A DNA stretch of 28,640 nt, taken from NCBI GenBank assembly GCA_031367385.1, contig JANLPS010000311.1, positions 1-28,640 of the forward strand, given 5' to 3'. The stretch comes from Archangium sp. (GTDB lineage Bacteria > Myxococcota > Myxococcia > Myxococcales > Myxococcaceae). Shown one piece after another: positions 8,344 to 16,693 of this stretch. A program made the translations under genes and the position numbers. Each line of letters starts with the position of its first letter. Within the stretch, counting starts at the first letter, position 1. The notes under the pieces are model-generated. The model saw only the letters and a list, made by a program, of their open reading frames with translations, was not told where the DNA came from and ran no database searches.

Positions 8344-9000
8344 CTAATTCATCAAACCTTCTGGTTTTCGGGGGCGGAGCTGACCGACCAACAACAGCAG
8401 CTCCTCAGTAACAACCCGTACGCGGGAGGACACGTCGAGCTCGCTCAAAATTTCATAGCGCTGAATTGCGTCGTCGAAGATGGCGGCGGCGACCACGTCA
8501 GCCAACATGCCGCCCTTGGCGCGCGCGGTGACCTGGGCGATGCGCTGCCCCACGTCTTGCGGCAGCCGGGCCACCAATTCGAGCACCGCCTGGCGCAGCT
8601 CGGTCTCTTCGGAGCCGTCGAAGCTCGAGTCGGGCAACACCTCGGCCTCGACCTCGCGGTACTCGTTGGTCTGGGGCAGCTCGCGCACCAGCCGGGCCCG
8701 GGCCACGCCCACCAGCACCAGGTTGTACCGCCCGTCTTCGGTCTGCTCGTGCTGGCTGATGACGCCCACGCAGAGCATGTCTTCCAAGCCCGGAGCGGTC
8801 GGCAGCCGCTCCTGCCCCGGTATCACCTGGGCCATCGCGAACACCCCATCGGTCTCGAGCGCGTGTGCCACCAGCTGCCGGTAGCGGGGCTCGAAGATGT
8901 GCAGGGGCAGGGCACCGCCCGGCAGCAACACCGCGCTGGGCAGGGGAAACACCTTCAGCCGCTTGGCCGCTGCGCGAACCCGGTCAAGCGCGTCGCTCAC
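8344..9000 (-). CDS. Stand-alone Lon protease N-terminal (substrate-binding) domain protein
   Basis: VFPLPSAVLLPGGALPLHIFEPRYRQLV and DGRYNLVLVG match the Lon-N signature. No AAA or protease domain. The start overlaps the dedA-like stop (GTGA). Confidence 0.9.
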   Translation of the reverse strand: MSDALDRVRAAAKRLKVFPLPSAVLLPGGALPLHIFEPRYRQLVAHALETDGVFAMAQVIPGQERLPTAPGLEDMLCVGVISQHEQTEDGRYNLVLVGVARARLVRELPQTNEYREVEAEVLPDSSFDGSEETELRQAVLELVARLPQDVGQRIAQVTARAKGGMLADVVAAAIFDDAIQRYEILSELDVSSRVRVVTEELLLLVGQLRPRKPEGLMN

Positions 9001-9644
9001 GCCGCGGCCTGGGGCTTGGGGGCGTGGCGGGCTCGAAGCCAGCCGATGATGCCAGGCAGAATCGAGATGAAGACCACCACGATGATGACCTTCTCGATGT
9101 GCTTGCCGATGTCGGGCACCACCTGGCCGATGAAGTAGCCGATGAGGGTCATCGAGCCGACCCAGGCGGCTCCGCCGATGACGTTGTACGCGGCGAAGCG
9201 GCGGTACGGCATGCCTGCGATGCCCGCGACCACCGGCACGAAGGTGCGAACGATGGGCATGAAGCGGGCGACGATGATCGCCTTGCCGCCGTGCTTCTCG
9301 TAAAACGCGTGCGCGGCCTTCATGTTCTCGGGCTTGAAGAGGCGCGACTGGGGCCGGTTGAAGAGCGCCGGGCCCGACTTCTTGCCGATGAAGTACGAGA
9401 CCGCGTCGCCGATGATCGCCATCGGTATCAACAGCGCGTTCAGGTACAGCAGGTTCAAGTCACCCTTGGCGGCGTAGGTGCCGGCGACCACCAGCAGCGA
9501 GTCTCCGGGCAAGAAAGCGATCAACGCGCCGGTCTCGGCGAAGATGATCAACGCCATGCCGGGGTAGCCCGCCCAGGCGATGGCCAGGCCCGGGTCGCGC
9601 AGCCAGCCGAAGAGCGTCTTGAAGAGGTTGACGACGAAGTCCAT
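8997..9644 (-). CDS. DedA-family (VTT domain) membrane protein
   Basis: Motifs IIFAETG..FLPGDSLL, IIGDAVSYFIG, FYEKHGGKAIIVARFMPIVRTFVPVVAG and YRRFAAYNVIG. Likely start ATG 9644. Confidence 0.93.
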   Translation of the reverse strand: MDFVVNLFKTLFGWLRDPGLAIAWAGYPGMALIIFAETGALIAFLPGDSLLVVAGTYAAKGDLNLLYLNALLIPMAIIGDAVSYFIGKKSGPALFNRPQSRLFKPENMKAAHAFYEKHGGKAIIVARFMPIVRTFVPVVAGIAGMPYRRFAAYNVIGGAAWVGSMTLIGYFIGQVVPDIGKHIEKVIIVVVFISILPGIIGWLRARHAPKPQAAA

Positions 9645-9676
9645 GGGCGGGCGCGTTAGCACGGGCCCACGCAATG

Positions 9677-9707
9677 AAAAAGGCACCCGGTCGCCCGAGT
9701 GCCCTTT
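9677..9707 (-). terminator. Rho-independent terminator of the aglRQS operon
   Basis: Minus strand AAAGGGCACTCGG-GCGA-CCGGGTGCC-TTTTT: GC stem, GNRA tetraloop and U-tract, about 30 nt after the aglS stop. Confidence 0.85.
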
Positions 9708-9735
9708 GCACCTTTCGTTCAGCGAAATCGGAGCG

Positions 9736-10308
9736 TTAGTCGCGTGAAGCCGACTCGCCGCCCTCTTTCTTCACGCTCGCCGCCATGGTGGCGAACGAGA
9801 TGTTGCCGTAGCCGGCCGAAGCGCAGCTGAACATCACCCGCTTGATGATCTTGAACTGGGCCGACTTGTCGGCCTGAATGTTCACGTCACCCTTGAAGGC
9901 GTTGACGTCTTGCGCGGCGTTGTGCAGGTCTTCGAACTGCTTCTTCATGTCGCGCAGCTTCTCTTCGAGCGCGGGGATGTTGAGGTATTCTTCACGGGTC
10001 AGGTCGTCGACGCGGCCCACCAGGGCGCCTGAGATCAGCACCTCGGTCTTCGACACCATCACCACCGGGGCGAGCACCAATTCGTCGGTGTTCGCGGCCT
10101 CGGGCAGGTTGATGTCTTTGGTCATCATCAACACCTCTCCGTTCGAGAAGTTCGCGACCAGAAAGAGCACCAAAATCACGAACATGTCGACCAACGGCGT
10201 CACGTTGAGGTCGGAGTTCATGTTCTTCTTGTGGTGCAGCCCGTGCCCGAACACCTTCGAGTGCTCGAGTCGTTTGCCGAACCGCTTACCGGGAGCCTGA
10301 ATGGCCAT
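9736..10308 (-). CDS. aglS: Gliding-motility motor subunit AglS (ExbD/TolR family)
   Basis: N-terminus MAIQAPGKRFGKRLEHSKVFGHG. TM motif LNVTPLVDMFVILVLFL with the Asp at residue 41, matching the D41 I recall for M. xanthus AglS. Third gene of a TolQ-TolR-TolR operon. Confidence 0.88.
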   Translation of the reverse strand: MAIQAPGKRFGKRLEHSKVFGHGLHHKKNMNSDLNVTPLVDMFVILVLFLVANFSNGEVLMMTKDINLPEAANTDELVLAPVVMVSKTEVLISGALVGRVDDLTREEYLNIPALEEKLRDMKKQFEDLHNAAQDVNAFKGDVNIQADKSAQFKIIKRVMFSCASAGYGNISFATMAASVKKEGGESASRD

Positions 10309-10332
10309 AAGTCGTTTGCCTTAGAAAAAAAA

Positions 10333-10815
10333 TTACGTCGATGCCGGTGAGACCGACACGCTGGGAAATTGCGCGCCGATGCAGTTGTCGATGATGCGAA
10401 CGAGGTCGTCATACAAGACCGCGTCTTCGGTCTGCAGCGTGATGGCGCTCTGATCAGGCTGATCTTTTTTGATCTGGGCCAAGAAGCCGGTGAGCTTGGT
10501 CAAGTCAACCCGGCCCTTTTCGTCACGCGTCACGGGGATGGTGTCGAACGGCGTGCCACCGACCGAGAGCTTGAGCTCCTTCTCGGTGATCAACAGATTG
10601 ACCGGCTGCTTCTGATCTTGCGGCGCCTGCTCTTCAGCCGAGCTTTGGCCCGACTGCGAGACCTGCAGGCGGCCGAGCTGCGTCCACACGGCTGACATGA
10701 TCAAGAACACGATGGTCACGGCCATCAAGTCGATGAAGGGCACCAAGTTAATGCTGGCGTCGAGCGGCTTTTTGCCACCTTTGCCACCACCACCTAAATC
10801 CATGCCACCGGCCAT
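10333..10815 (-). CDS. aglQ: Gliding-motility motor subunit AglQ (ExbD/TolR family)
   Basis: INLVPFIDLMAVTIVFL with the channel Asp at residue 29 (I recall D28 in M. xanthus AglQ). SD AAGGAG upstream. Lies between aglR and aglS. Confidence 0.88.
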   Translation of the reverse strand: MAGGMDLGGGGKGGKKPLDASINLVPFIDLMAVTIVFLIMSAVWTQLGRLQVSQSGQSSAEEQAPQDQKQPVNLLITEKELKLSVGGTPFDTIPVTRDEKGRVDLTKLTGFLAQIKKDQPDQSAITLQTEDAVLYDDLVRIIDNCIGAQFPSVSVSPAST

Positions 10816-10864
10816 GGGCGCTTCTCCTTCCGTACCGCAAAGACGAAATCTTCTGTTGGTTCAA

Positions 10865-10899
10865 GACAGCGGCGAAACTTGTGGGTTCCGCCGGCTGCC
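10865..10899 (-). other. Intercistronic stem-loop between aglR and aglQ
   Basis: Minus strand GGCAGCCGGCGGAAC-ccacaa-GTTTCGCCGCTGTC: about 14 bp with one bulge and G-U pairs, no U-tract. Confidence 0.5.
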
Positions 10900-10918
10900 G
10901 GGAGGCTCTTTGTGCTGC

Positions 10919-11653
10919 TTACTCTTCGGCGTTCGCCGGCACCGTCATGTTCTTGAACTTGTCTTTGTTCTGAACAATCAGGTTGAGCACGGCAACCGAC
11001 GTCTCGTTGATGTCGTTGATCAACGATTGCGTACGGCCGTTGAGCACTGAGAAGAAGATGAGGAGCGGGATGGCGGCGATCAGACCGAAGCGGGTGCAGT
11101 TCATCGCTTCGCCGATTGAACCGGCCAAGATGGTCGAGCGGTCGGCCGGTGAGGCGTGCGCGACGGCCTTGAACGAGTTGATCAGACCGTCGACGGTGCC
11201 GAGCAGACCGGCGAGCATGGCCGCGTTGCCCAACATCGCGAGGTAGCCTGAGCGGGCCTCGAGGCGGGGGGTCTCACGCAGCGACGCTTCGTCGAGCGCG
11301 GCCTGGGTCTCTTCTTCACCCTTGGGCACGTTCATCAAGCCCGACTTGATCACGTTGGTCAGCGGCGTGGGCTTCTGGCCAGCGACGTAGTTGATCGCCT
11401 TGTCGAGATCGCCTGCGTAGATGTGCTTCTTCAAGCCACGCAGAAACCCGTCTTTGTTGATGGCCGCGCCGAAGAACAAAACGATCGCGCGTTCTACGGT
11501 GATGGCGAGGCCAATGACGAAGAAGAACGCGATCGGGTACATGCCCCAGCCGCCTTCGTTCCATGCGTCGGCGATCTTGCCGAAAGGACCTTCAGAACCG
11601 CCACCTTCAGCGGCCTCGGCGACTCCCAGTGTCAACAGTTGTCCAAGCGTCAT
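10919..11653 (-). CDS. aglR: Gliding-motility motor subunit AglR (MotA/TolQ/ExbB proton channel)
   Basis: 244 aa from ATG 11653 (GGAGG upstream). Motifs GGWGMYPI..ITVER, AMLAGLLGTVDGLINSF and IGEAMNCTRFGLIAAIP. Followed by two ExbD-like genes. Confidence 0.9.
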   Translation of the reverse strand: MTLGQLLTLGVAEAAEGGGSEGPFGKIADAWNEGGWGMYPIAFFFVIGLAITVERAIVLFFGAAINKDGFLRGLKKHIYAGDLDKAINYVAGQKPTPLTNVIKSGLMNVPKGEEETQAALDEASLRETPRLEARSGYLAMLGNAAMLAGLLGTVDGLINSFKAVAHASPADRSTILAGSIGEAMNCTRFGLIAAIPLLIFFSVLNGRTQSLINDINETSVAVLNLIVQNKDKFKNMTVPANAEE

Positions 11654-11765
11654 TGCGAAATTGCCTCCAACGAGTTTCATCGATGCGAGATCAGCAGAAG
11701 CCCACAAACCAACGGTACGTTCGTCTCCGCTCAAGTGGGGGCGATGCTGTGGTGTAAGACGCGGC

Positions 11766-11795
11766 ACCATAGGCCCCGCTAGAAAAGGGTGTCAA
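11766..11795 (-). promoter_or_regulatory. Sigma70-type promoter of aglRQS
   Basis: Minus strand TTGACA (11795-11790), 18-nt spacer, TATGGT (11771-11766). About 110 nt upstream of the aglR ATG. Confidence 0.65.
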
Positions 11796-11866
11796 GACAA
11801 CGACGTTCTGACCAAGTTCCAACCTTCACCGGAGCATTCACACAGTGTGGTACAGCGGACCGCGTC

Positions 11867-12736
11867 ATGTCGCGTAAGCGCATCGGAGAGCTGCTTCTCG
11901 AACGCCGGGCGATCACCCAAGAGCAACTCGATGCGGGCTTGGTGGCGCAGAAGCGAACCCGGCAGCGCCTCGGCATCACGTTGATTCAGCAAGGTGTGAT
12001 CAGTGAAGTACAGTTGGCGATCGTGCTCGGTCAGTCGCTGGGTCTGGGCTCGGTCGACCTCTCGAAGGTGCAGGTCGATTGGAGCGCGGTGCACATGCTG
12101 CGCGCGCGATTCTGCGAGAATCACGAGGTTTTTCCCTTCGGTATCGAGGGCAAGGGCACGCCGCAGAAGAAGCTGCTGGTGGCGATGAGCGACCCGCTCA
12201 ACCAGAACGCGATTCAAGAGATCGAGTTTACCACCGGCCTGCAACCGTCGATTCGAGTCGCCACCCACACCCACGTGCGCGACGCGATCTTGCGCTACTA
12301 CCACAAGGTCTCGGGCTCAGACGGTGGCCGCCCGATGATGACACCTGGAGTGGGCACCGGCAGCGTGAAGCTGGCGCCGCCGCCACCCGCGACCGCGGCC
12401 TCGATGGTCGCCCCGACGACCGACACCGGTGACGACGGCGACGTGGTGGTGGGTCAGGAGATCATCGCGCCCAACCCGATGCCGCCCGCCGCCGGAGACC
12501 CGATGCTCGAGCGGCTGATCAACGAGCGGCAGAAACAGCTGCAGGCGCAGAAGAAGCTCGCCACCGCCGGCGTCGCGAAAGATTTGGATTTCTTGTTCGG
12601 CAGCGCGCCCGACGAGGCCGACGCGGTCGAGAAGCTCGAGCGAAAATTCTGGGTGCTGCTGCAGATCATGGCGCGCAAGGGCATGATCAGCCGCGAAGAG
12701 TTCTTGAAAGAGCTCGAGCGAAGCGATGACGATTAG
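11867..12736 (+). CDS. MshEN/GspE N-terminal domain protein, putative c-di-GMP receptor with no ATPase domain
   Basis: Tandem motifs RIGELLLERRAITQEQLDAGLVAQ and RLGITLIQQGVISEVQLAIVLGQ, then LLVAMSDPLNQNAIQEIEFTTG, a Pro/Ala linker and a helical C-terminus (LLQIMARKGMISREEF). Confidence 0.88.
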   Translation: MSRKRIGELLLERRAITQEQLDAGLVAQKRTRQRLGITLIQQGVISEVQLAIVLGQSLGLGSVDLSKVQVDWSAVHMLRARFCENHEVFPFGIEGKGTPQKKLLVAMSDPLNQNAIQEIEFTTGLQPSIRVATHTHVRDAILRYYHKVSGSDGGRPMMTPGVGTGSVKLAPPPPATAASMVAPTTDTGDDGDVVVGQEIIAPNPMPPAAGDPMLERLINERQKQLQAQKKLATAGVAKDLDFLFGSAPDEADAVEKLERKFWVLLQIMARKGMISREEFLKELERSDDD

Positions 12737-14658
12737 CCAGAGATCATCGGCAAGCGAATCACGAACGTCGTGCCCTGCCCCATTACGCTGCTGACCGAGA
12801 TCACGCCACCGTGGTTCTCGATGATGCCCTGAACGATCGACAGCCCGAGGCCAGTGCCCTTGCCGTCGGGCTTGGTGGTGAAGAAGGGCTCGAACATCTT
12901 GCTCTGCACCTCGGCGGCGACGCCCACGCCGGTGTCGATGATCTTGATCACCGCGTGGTCATTCTCGCGTTCGGTGGCGATGCGAATAGACCCGCCGCTC
13001 GGGGTGGCGTGACAGGCGTTGGTGATCAGGTTCACGAACACCTGAATCAGGTTCTGCCGCATCGCCAAGAAGGGAGCAATCGGCTCGAAGGCGCGCTCGA
13101 GGTGCACGCCGTGTTTGGTCAGCACGTGCTCGCAAAACCCGATCGCCTTCTCGATGGTCGCGCAGAGGTCGACCTCTTCGGCCTTGTCTTGCGCCGGGCG
13201 CGCGTAGCTCACCAGGTCGCGGGTGAATCGCAGCACCCGTTCTGAATTATCGACGATCTTTCGAAACTTGAGCACGTCGCTCTGCTCGGCGGCGGGGTTG
13301 GAGATTGCTCGGGTCAGCAGCGCGTCGGCGTAGGTCGCCACCGCGGTCATCGGGTTGTTGATCTCATGCACCACGCTCGCCGCCAGCTGCCCCAGCGAGG
13401 CCAGCTTCTCGGCTTGAATGACCCGCTTCTCGAGGTCGCGCACCTTGGTCAGGTCTTGCCCGATGGCGATCACCCCCTCGATGTCACCCGACTGACTGGC
13501 CACCGGGCTGGTCGCGAAGGTCACCTTGATCTCGCGGTTGCCACCGGTCTGCAGCACCGTCTCGAAGGCGCCTCCGGCTTCACCTCGCAGCGGCCCACCG
13601 AGCAGGCGGCGCACGCGCAGGTGCTCGGCCTCGGGCAACAGCGACATGAAGTCGTGCCCCAGCACCTCTGACTTGGTCAGCCCGGTCAAGGTGGCGAGGG
13701 CGCGGTTGAAGACCACCACCTTCCAGTCGCGGTTGACGACCAGAATCAGGGCGTTGGCGTTCTCGAGCAATTCTTCGAGGTACTTTCGAACGAAGGTCAG
13801 CTCGTCGATCAGCTTCGCGTTTCGCACCGCCACCGCGACCTGGTTGGCGAGCTGAATGAGCACCCGCTCGTCGGTGACCACGTCGGCGGTGAGCCCCGCG
13901 GGGTACTCGATGTTGACCGCTCCGAACAATTGGCCTGAGGCGACCAGCGGCGCGGCGATGCCTCGCACGCAGCCGACGAAGAGCAGCGGCAGCTCACCCG
14001 AGGTCACCACCACGCGGTCAGCGGGCAGCCGGCTGGTGTCGAGGTGGGTCTTCTCGACCATCGAGCGGCGCAGGTGAAAGACGTCGCGCGCGCCCTCTCG
14101 CATGCGGCCTTCGGCGTAGAGCGAAGTCAACGCGCTGGTGCGCGGGTCGGTGATGCGAACGCAGAAGGTGCGCCCGGGGAAGAGGCCCTTGACCCCTCGA
14201 GCGACGGTGGCGACGAGCTCTTCTTCACTGGTGGCCCCGGCCACGCTGCGGCCGATTTCGAGCAACTGCGACTCGATGCGCGCCTGTTGAATCAGCGCCC
14301 GGCCCGCCGCAGCCAACGAATCGAGCATCGGAGAGAGCTTGCGAGCAACGATGGCCACCGTCTGGCCCCGCCGAGAGACCGTCAAGGTCACCTGCTGCCC
14401 CGAGCGCAAAGCGACCTCGAGGTCGACCGCCTGGCCGTCGTCAGGCACCACGATGTCAGCCGAGAGCAGGTCGTTGAGGGTGTTGCCGTCGAGATCTTTT
14501 TGCCCGCACAGCACCTCGAATGGGGAGTTCGCGCGAACGATGGTCAGGCTCGCATCGCAAACCGCAGCAGGCGCATCGACCATGTCGAAGAACGCCGAGA
14601 ACGCGTCAGCCGCGGGGCCCGGGGCGCCGAATGATTTCACGCTCGAGTCACTCGTCAT
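12733..14658 (-). CDS. Cytoplasmic PAS-GAF-PAS sensor histidine kinase
   Basis: H-box VVHEINNP, N-box QVFVNLITNACHA, DTGVG, FEPFFTTK and GTGLGL. PAS (LLENANALILVVNRDWKVVVFNRA) and GAF (AAPLVASGQLFGAV). No TM segment. Confidence 0.93.
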   Translation of the reverse strand: MTSDSSVKSFGAPGPAADAFSAFFDMVDAPAAVCDASLTIVRANSPFEVLCGQKDLDGNTLNDLLSADIVVPDDGQAVDLEVALRSGQQVTLTVSRRGQTVAIVARKLSPMLDSLAAAGRALIQQARIESQLLEIGRSVAGATSEEELVATVARGVKGLFPGRTFCVRITDPRTSALTSLYAEGRMREGARDVFHLRRSMVEKTHLDTSRLPADRVVVTSGELPLLFVGCVRGIAAPLVASGQLFGAVNIEYPAGLTADVVTDERVLIQLANQVAVAVRNAKLIDELTFVRKYLEELLENANALILVVNRDWKVVVFNRALATLTGLTKSEVLGHDFMSLLPEAEHLRVRRLLGGPLRGEAGGAFETVLQTGGNREIKVTFATSPVASQSGDIEGVIAIGQDLTKVRDLEKRVIQAEKLASLGQLAASVVHEINNPMTAVATYADALLTRAISNPAAEQSDVLKFRKIVDNSERVLRFTRDLVSYARPAQDKAEEVDLCATIEKAIGFCEHVLTKHGVHLERAFEPIAPFLAMRQNLIQVFVNLITNACHATPSGGSIRIATERENDHAVIKIIDTGVGVAAEVQSKMFEPFFTTKPDGKGTGLGLSIVQGIIENHGGVISVSSVMGQGTTFVIRLPMISG

Positions 14659-16602
14659 GGGCCGATGCCTTGTCGAGGTCGACGATCTCGGCGTCGCCGA
14701 TGTACGCCTTGGTCTCGTACTTCGTGATCTTACCGATCTTTCTCACGATTTCGGCCATGCGCTCGGCTTCACGATAGATGATGTCGACCGAGCGAAACGA
14801 GGGGTCGCCCTCTTTGATTTTTCGCTTGAGCATCTCGGCGTACCCCATCACCGAGGTCAGCGGCTGGTTCAGCTCGTGCGCGGCGGTACCTGCGAGCGCG
14901 ACGATCACCGCGTTCTTCTCACTTTCGAGCAGACGCGCCTCGACGTCGGTCAGCTTGCGCTCGAGGCTCAAGCGGTCGCGCAGGTCGGTGAAGATGCCCA
15001 CCGTGGCGACCTCGCGCTTGCCTTCGTAGAGAATCGTGGCGGTCATGTTGACGGGTATGCGCTCACCGGTGCGGCTCAAGATGTCGACCCGCGAAGTGGC
15101 CAGGCGCCCGATGCCGCCGTGCTCACCGCTGCGCAGCCGGGTCATGATCTCGCGCGCGGTGGTGCTGGGTAGAGCTTGGTCACGTGCAGCTTGTTGACCA
15201 CCTCGTCGCTGACCCAGCCGCAGATCACCTCGGCGGCCTTGTTGAAGAGAATGATGTTGCCCTTCATGTCGCTGGCGATGATCGCGTCGACCGAGCTATC
15301 GACCAGCCGCTCGAGAAAGTCGCTGGTCTTGCGCAGCTCCTCGGCCATCTGCCGCTGACGGGTCACGTCGCGCAGGGTCAGAATCGCGATGCCCTCGCCG
15401 GCATCACCCTTCAACGGAGCGGCCGAGACCGAGAGCACCAACCGTCGCCCAGCCAGGGTACGGGCATGCAAATCGATGTCGGAGCGGATGTGACCGGTCG
15501 ACACCGAGAACAACACGTCGAGCAAGAGCTCATCGTCGCCGGGGTTGGTGATCGCGTTGATGTGGCGGCCGACCGCTTCTTTGGGGTCTAAGTCGAGCAG
15601 CGCGAGCCCCGCGGGGTTGAGCGAGAGCACGCAGGCCCGGCTGTCGAGAATGGCCACGCCATCACTCAAGTGATCGAAGTACGCCGCGTAGCGCTTGAGA
15701 TCAGCGGCCTTTTCTTCGGCCGCGATTCGGGCCGACTTCTCTTTCTCGCGGCGAACCCGCTCTGATTCGAGCTGTTTCACGTTGCGAAAAGCGATCGCGC
15801 TGGCGTGGGCCACGGTGGTCAGAAACTCGACCTCGCGCGGGTTGAACGCCCCGCGGGCCGACGAGCGGCGCAGCAACAGCACGCCCAGCACCTTGCCCCG
15901 CACCGACAGCGGCATCGCGGCGATGTTGCGAATGCCCTTCGCGGTCAGCTTCTCTTTCACGTCTTCGAGCAGCGGGTGCGACGGCGCGTCTTCGACGATG
16001 ACCGGCTTGTGGGTGCGAATCGCCTCGCGAATTTCAGGGTAGCGCGAGAGGTCGATGCGCAGATCTTTGAGCGCGGCGTCGTCGCTCGCCGCGATGATCG
16101 TGCCCTGGTTCGTCTCGTCGACCACCACCAGCGCGACGCGGTCGATGTCCATCTCCTGGGCGAGGCGGCGGGTCACGTCGTAAAGCAGATCATCGACGTC
16201 GGTCGACTCGGCGTAGCGCGCGGTCAGCTCGAGCAGAATCTGCAGGTCTCGCTGGCGTTGCTGGGCTTCATTGATGGTCGCCAACCGCGCACGCACCCGC
16301 AGCACCCGCGCCAACAGCTCGGTCTCGACGCACTCGGGCGCGACCACCTCGAGCACCTTCGGGTCGACCAGCCGGGCTGGAGCCGCCACCACCACGATGC
16401 CGATGCGCGGCGCGAGCTCGAACAGCGCGCGCACCTCTTCGTCGGTCGATTGCCCAGTCAAATCAACGATCGCGATGTCGACGTCTGACGAGGGCTTGAG
16501 GCGAACGGGCACTCCACCCGCTTCGAGCAGCGCAGCGAGCTTCGCGCGCAGTGGAGCGTCAGCGGGCCCCACCAGCACCGGCCTGTGCAGAGCTTCGGTC
16601 AC
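14648..16602 (-). pseudogene. GAF-PAS-PAS-HisKA protein with no HATPase domain, split by an apparent 1-nt deletion near 15168 (real or sequencing error)
   Basis: The 5' part (GTG 16602 to stop 15142) ends mid-PAS at ...KLYP. Adding one C (TAC CC[C] AGC ACC ACC GCG CGC GAG ATC ATG = YPSTTAREIM) joins it in frame to ORF 14648..15145. That ORF carries the rest of the PAS domain (IPVNMTA..VGIFTDLR) and the H-box AAHELNQPLT. Confidence 0.82.
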
Positions 16603-16693
16603 GAGGAGCCGAGTTGTACCTCGCCCAGACCGGCCGGGCGAGAGTTCGCTTTTTTCCAAAAGGTGGTGGGTTTGCCTACAAACCCTCTCGTCG

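Noticed and set aside
10325..10360. U8 tract after the aglQ stop as an internal terminator or phase-variable tract
   Set aside because: The nearest hairpin ends about 8 nt before the U-run, too far for an intrinsic terminator. The tract is intergenic, so slippage would not shift a frame.
12733..12736. Convergent stop-codon overlap (also 23920-23930, and the 1-nt gap at 17507)
   Set aside because: Common in compact GC-rich genomes; no further evidence of antisense regulation.
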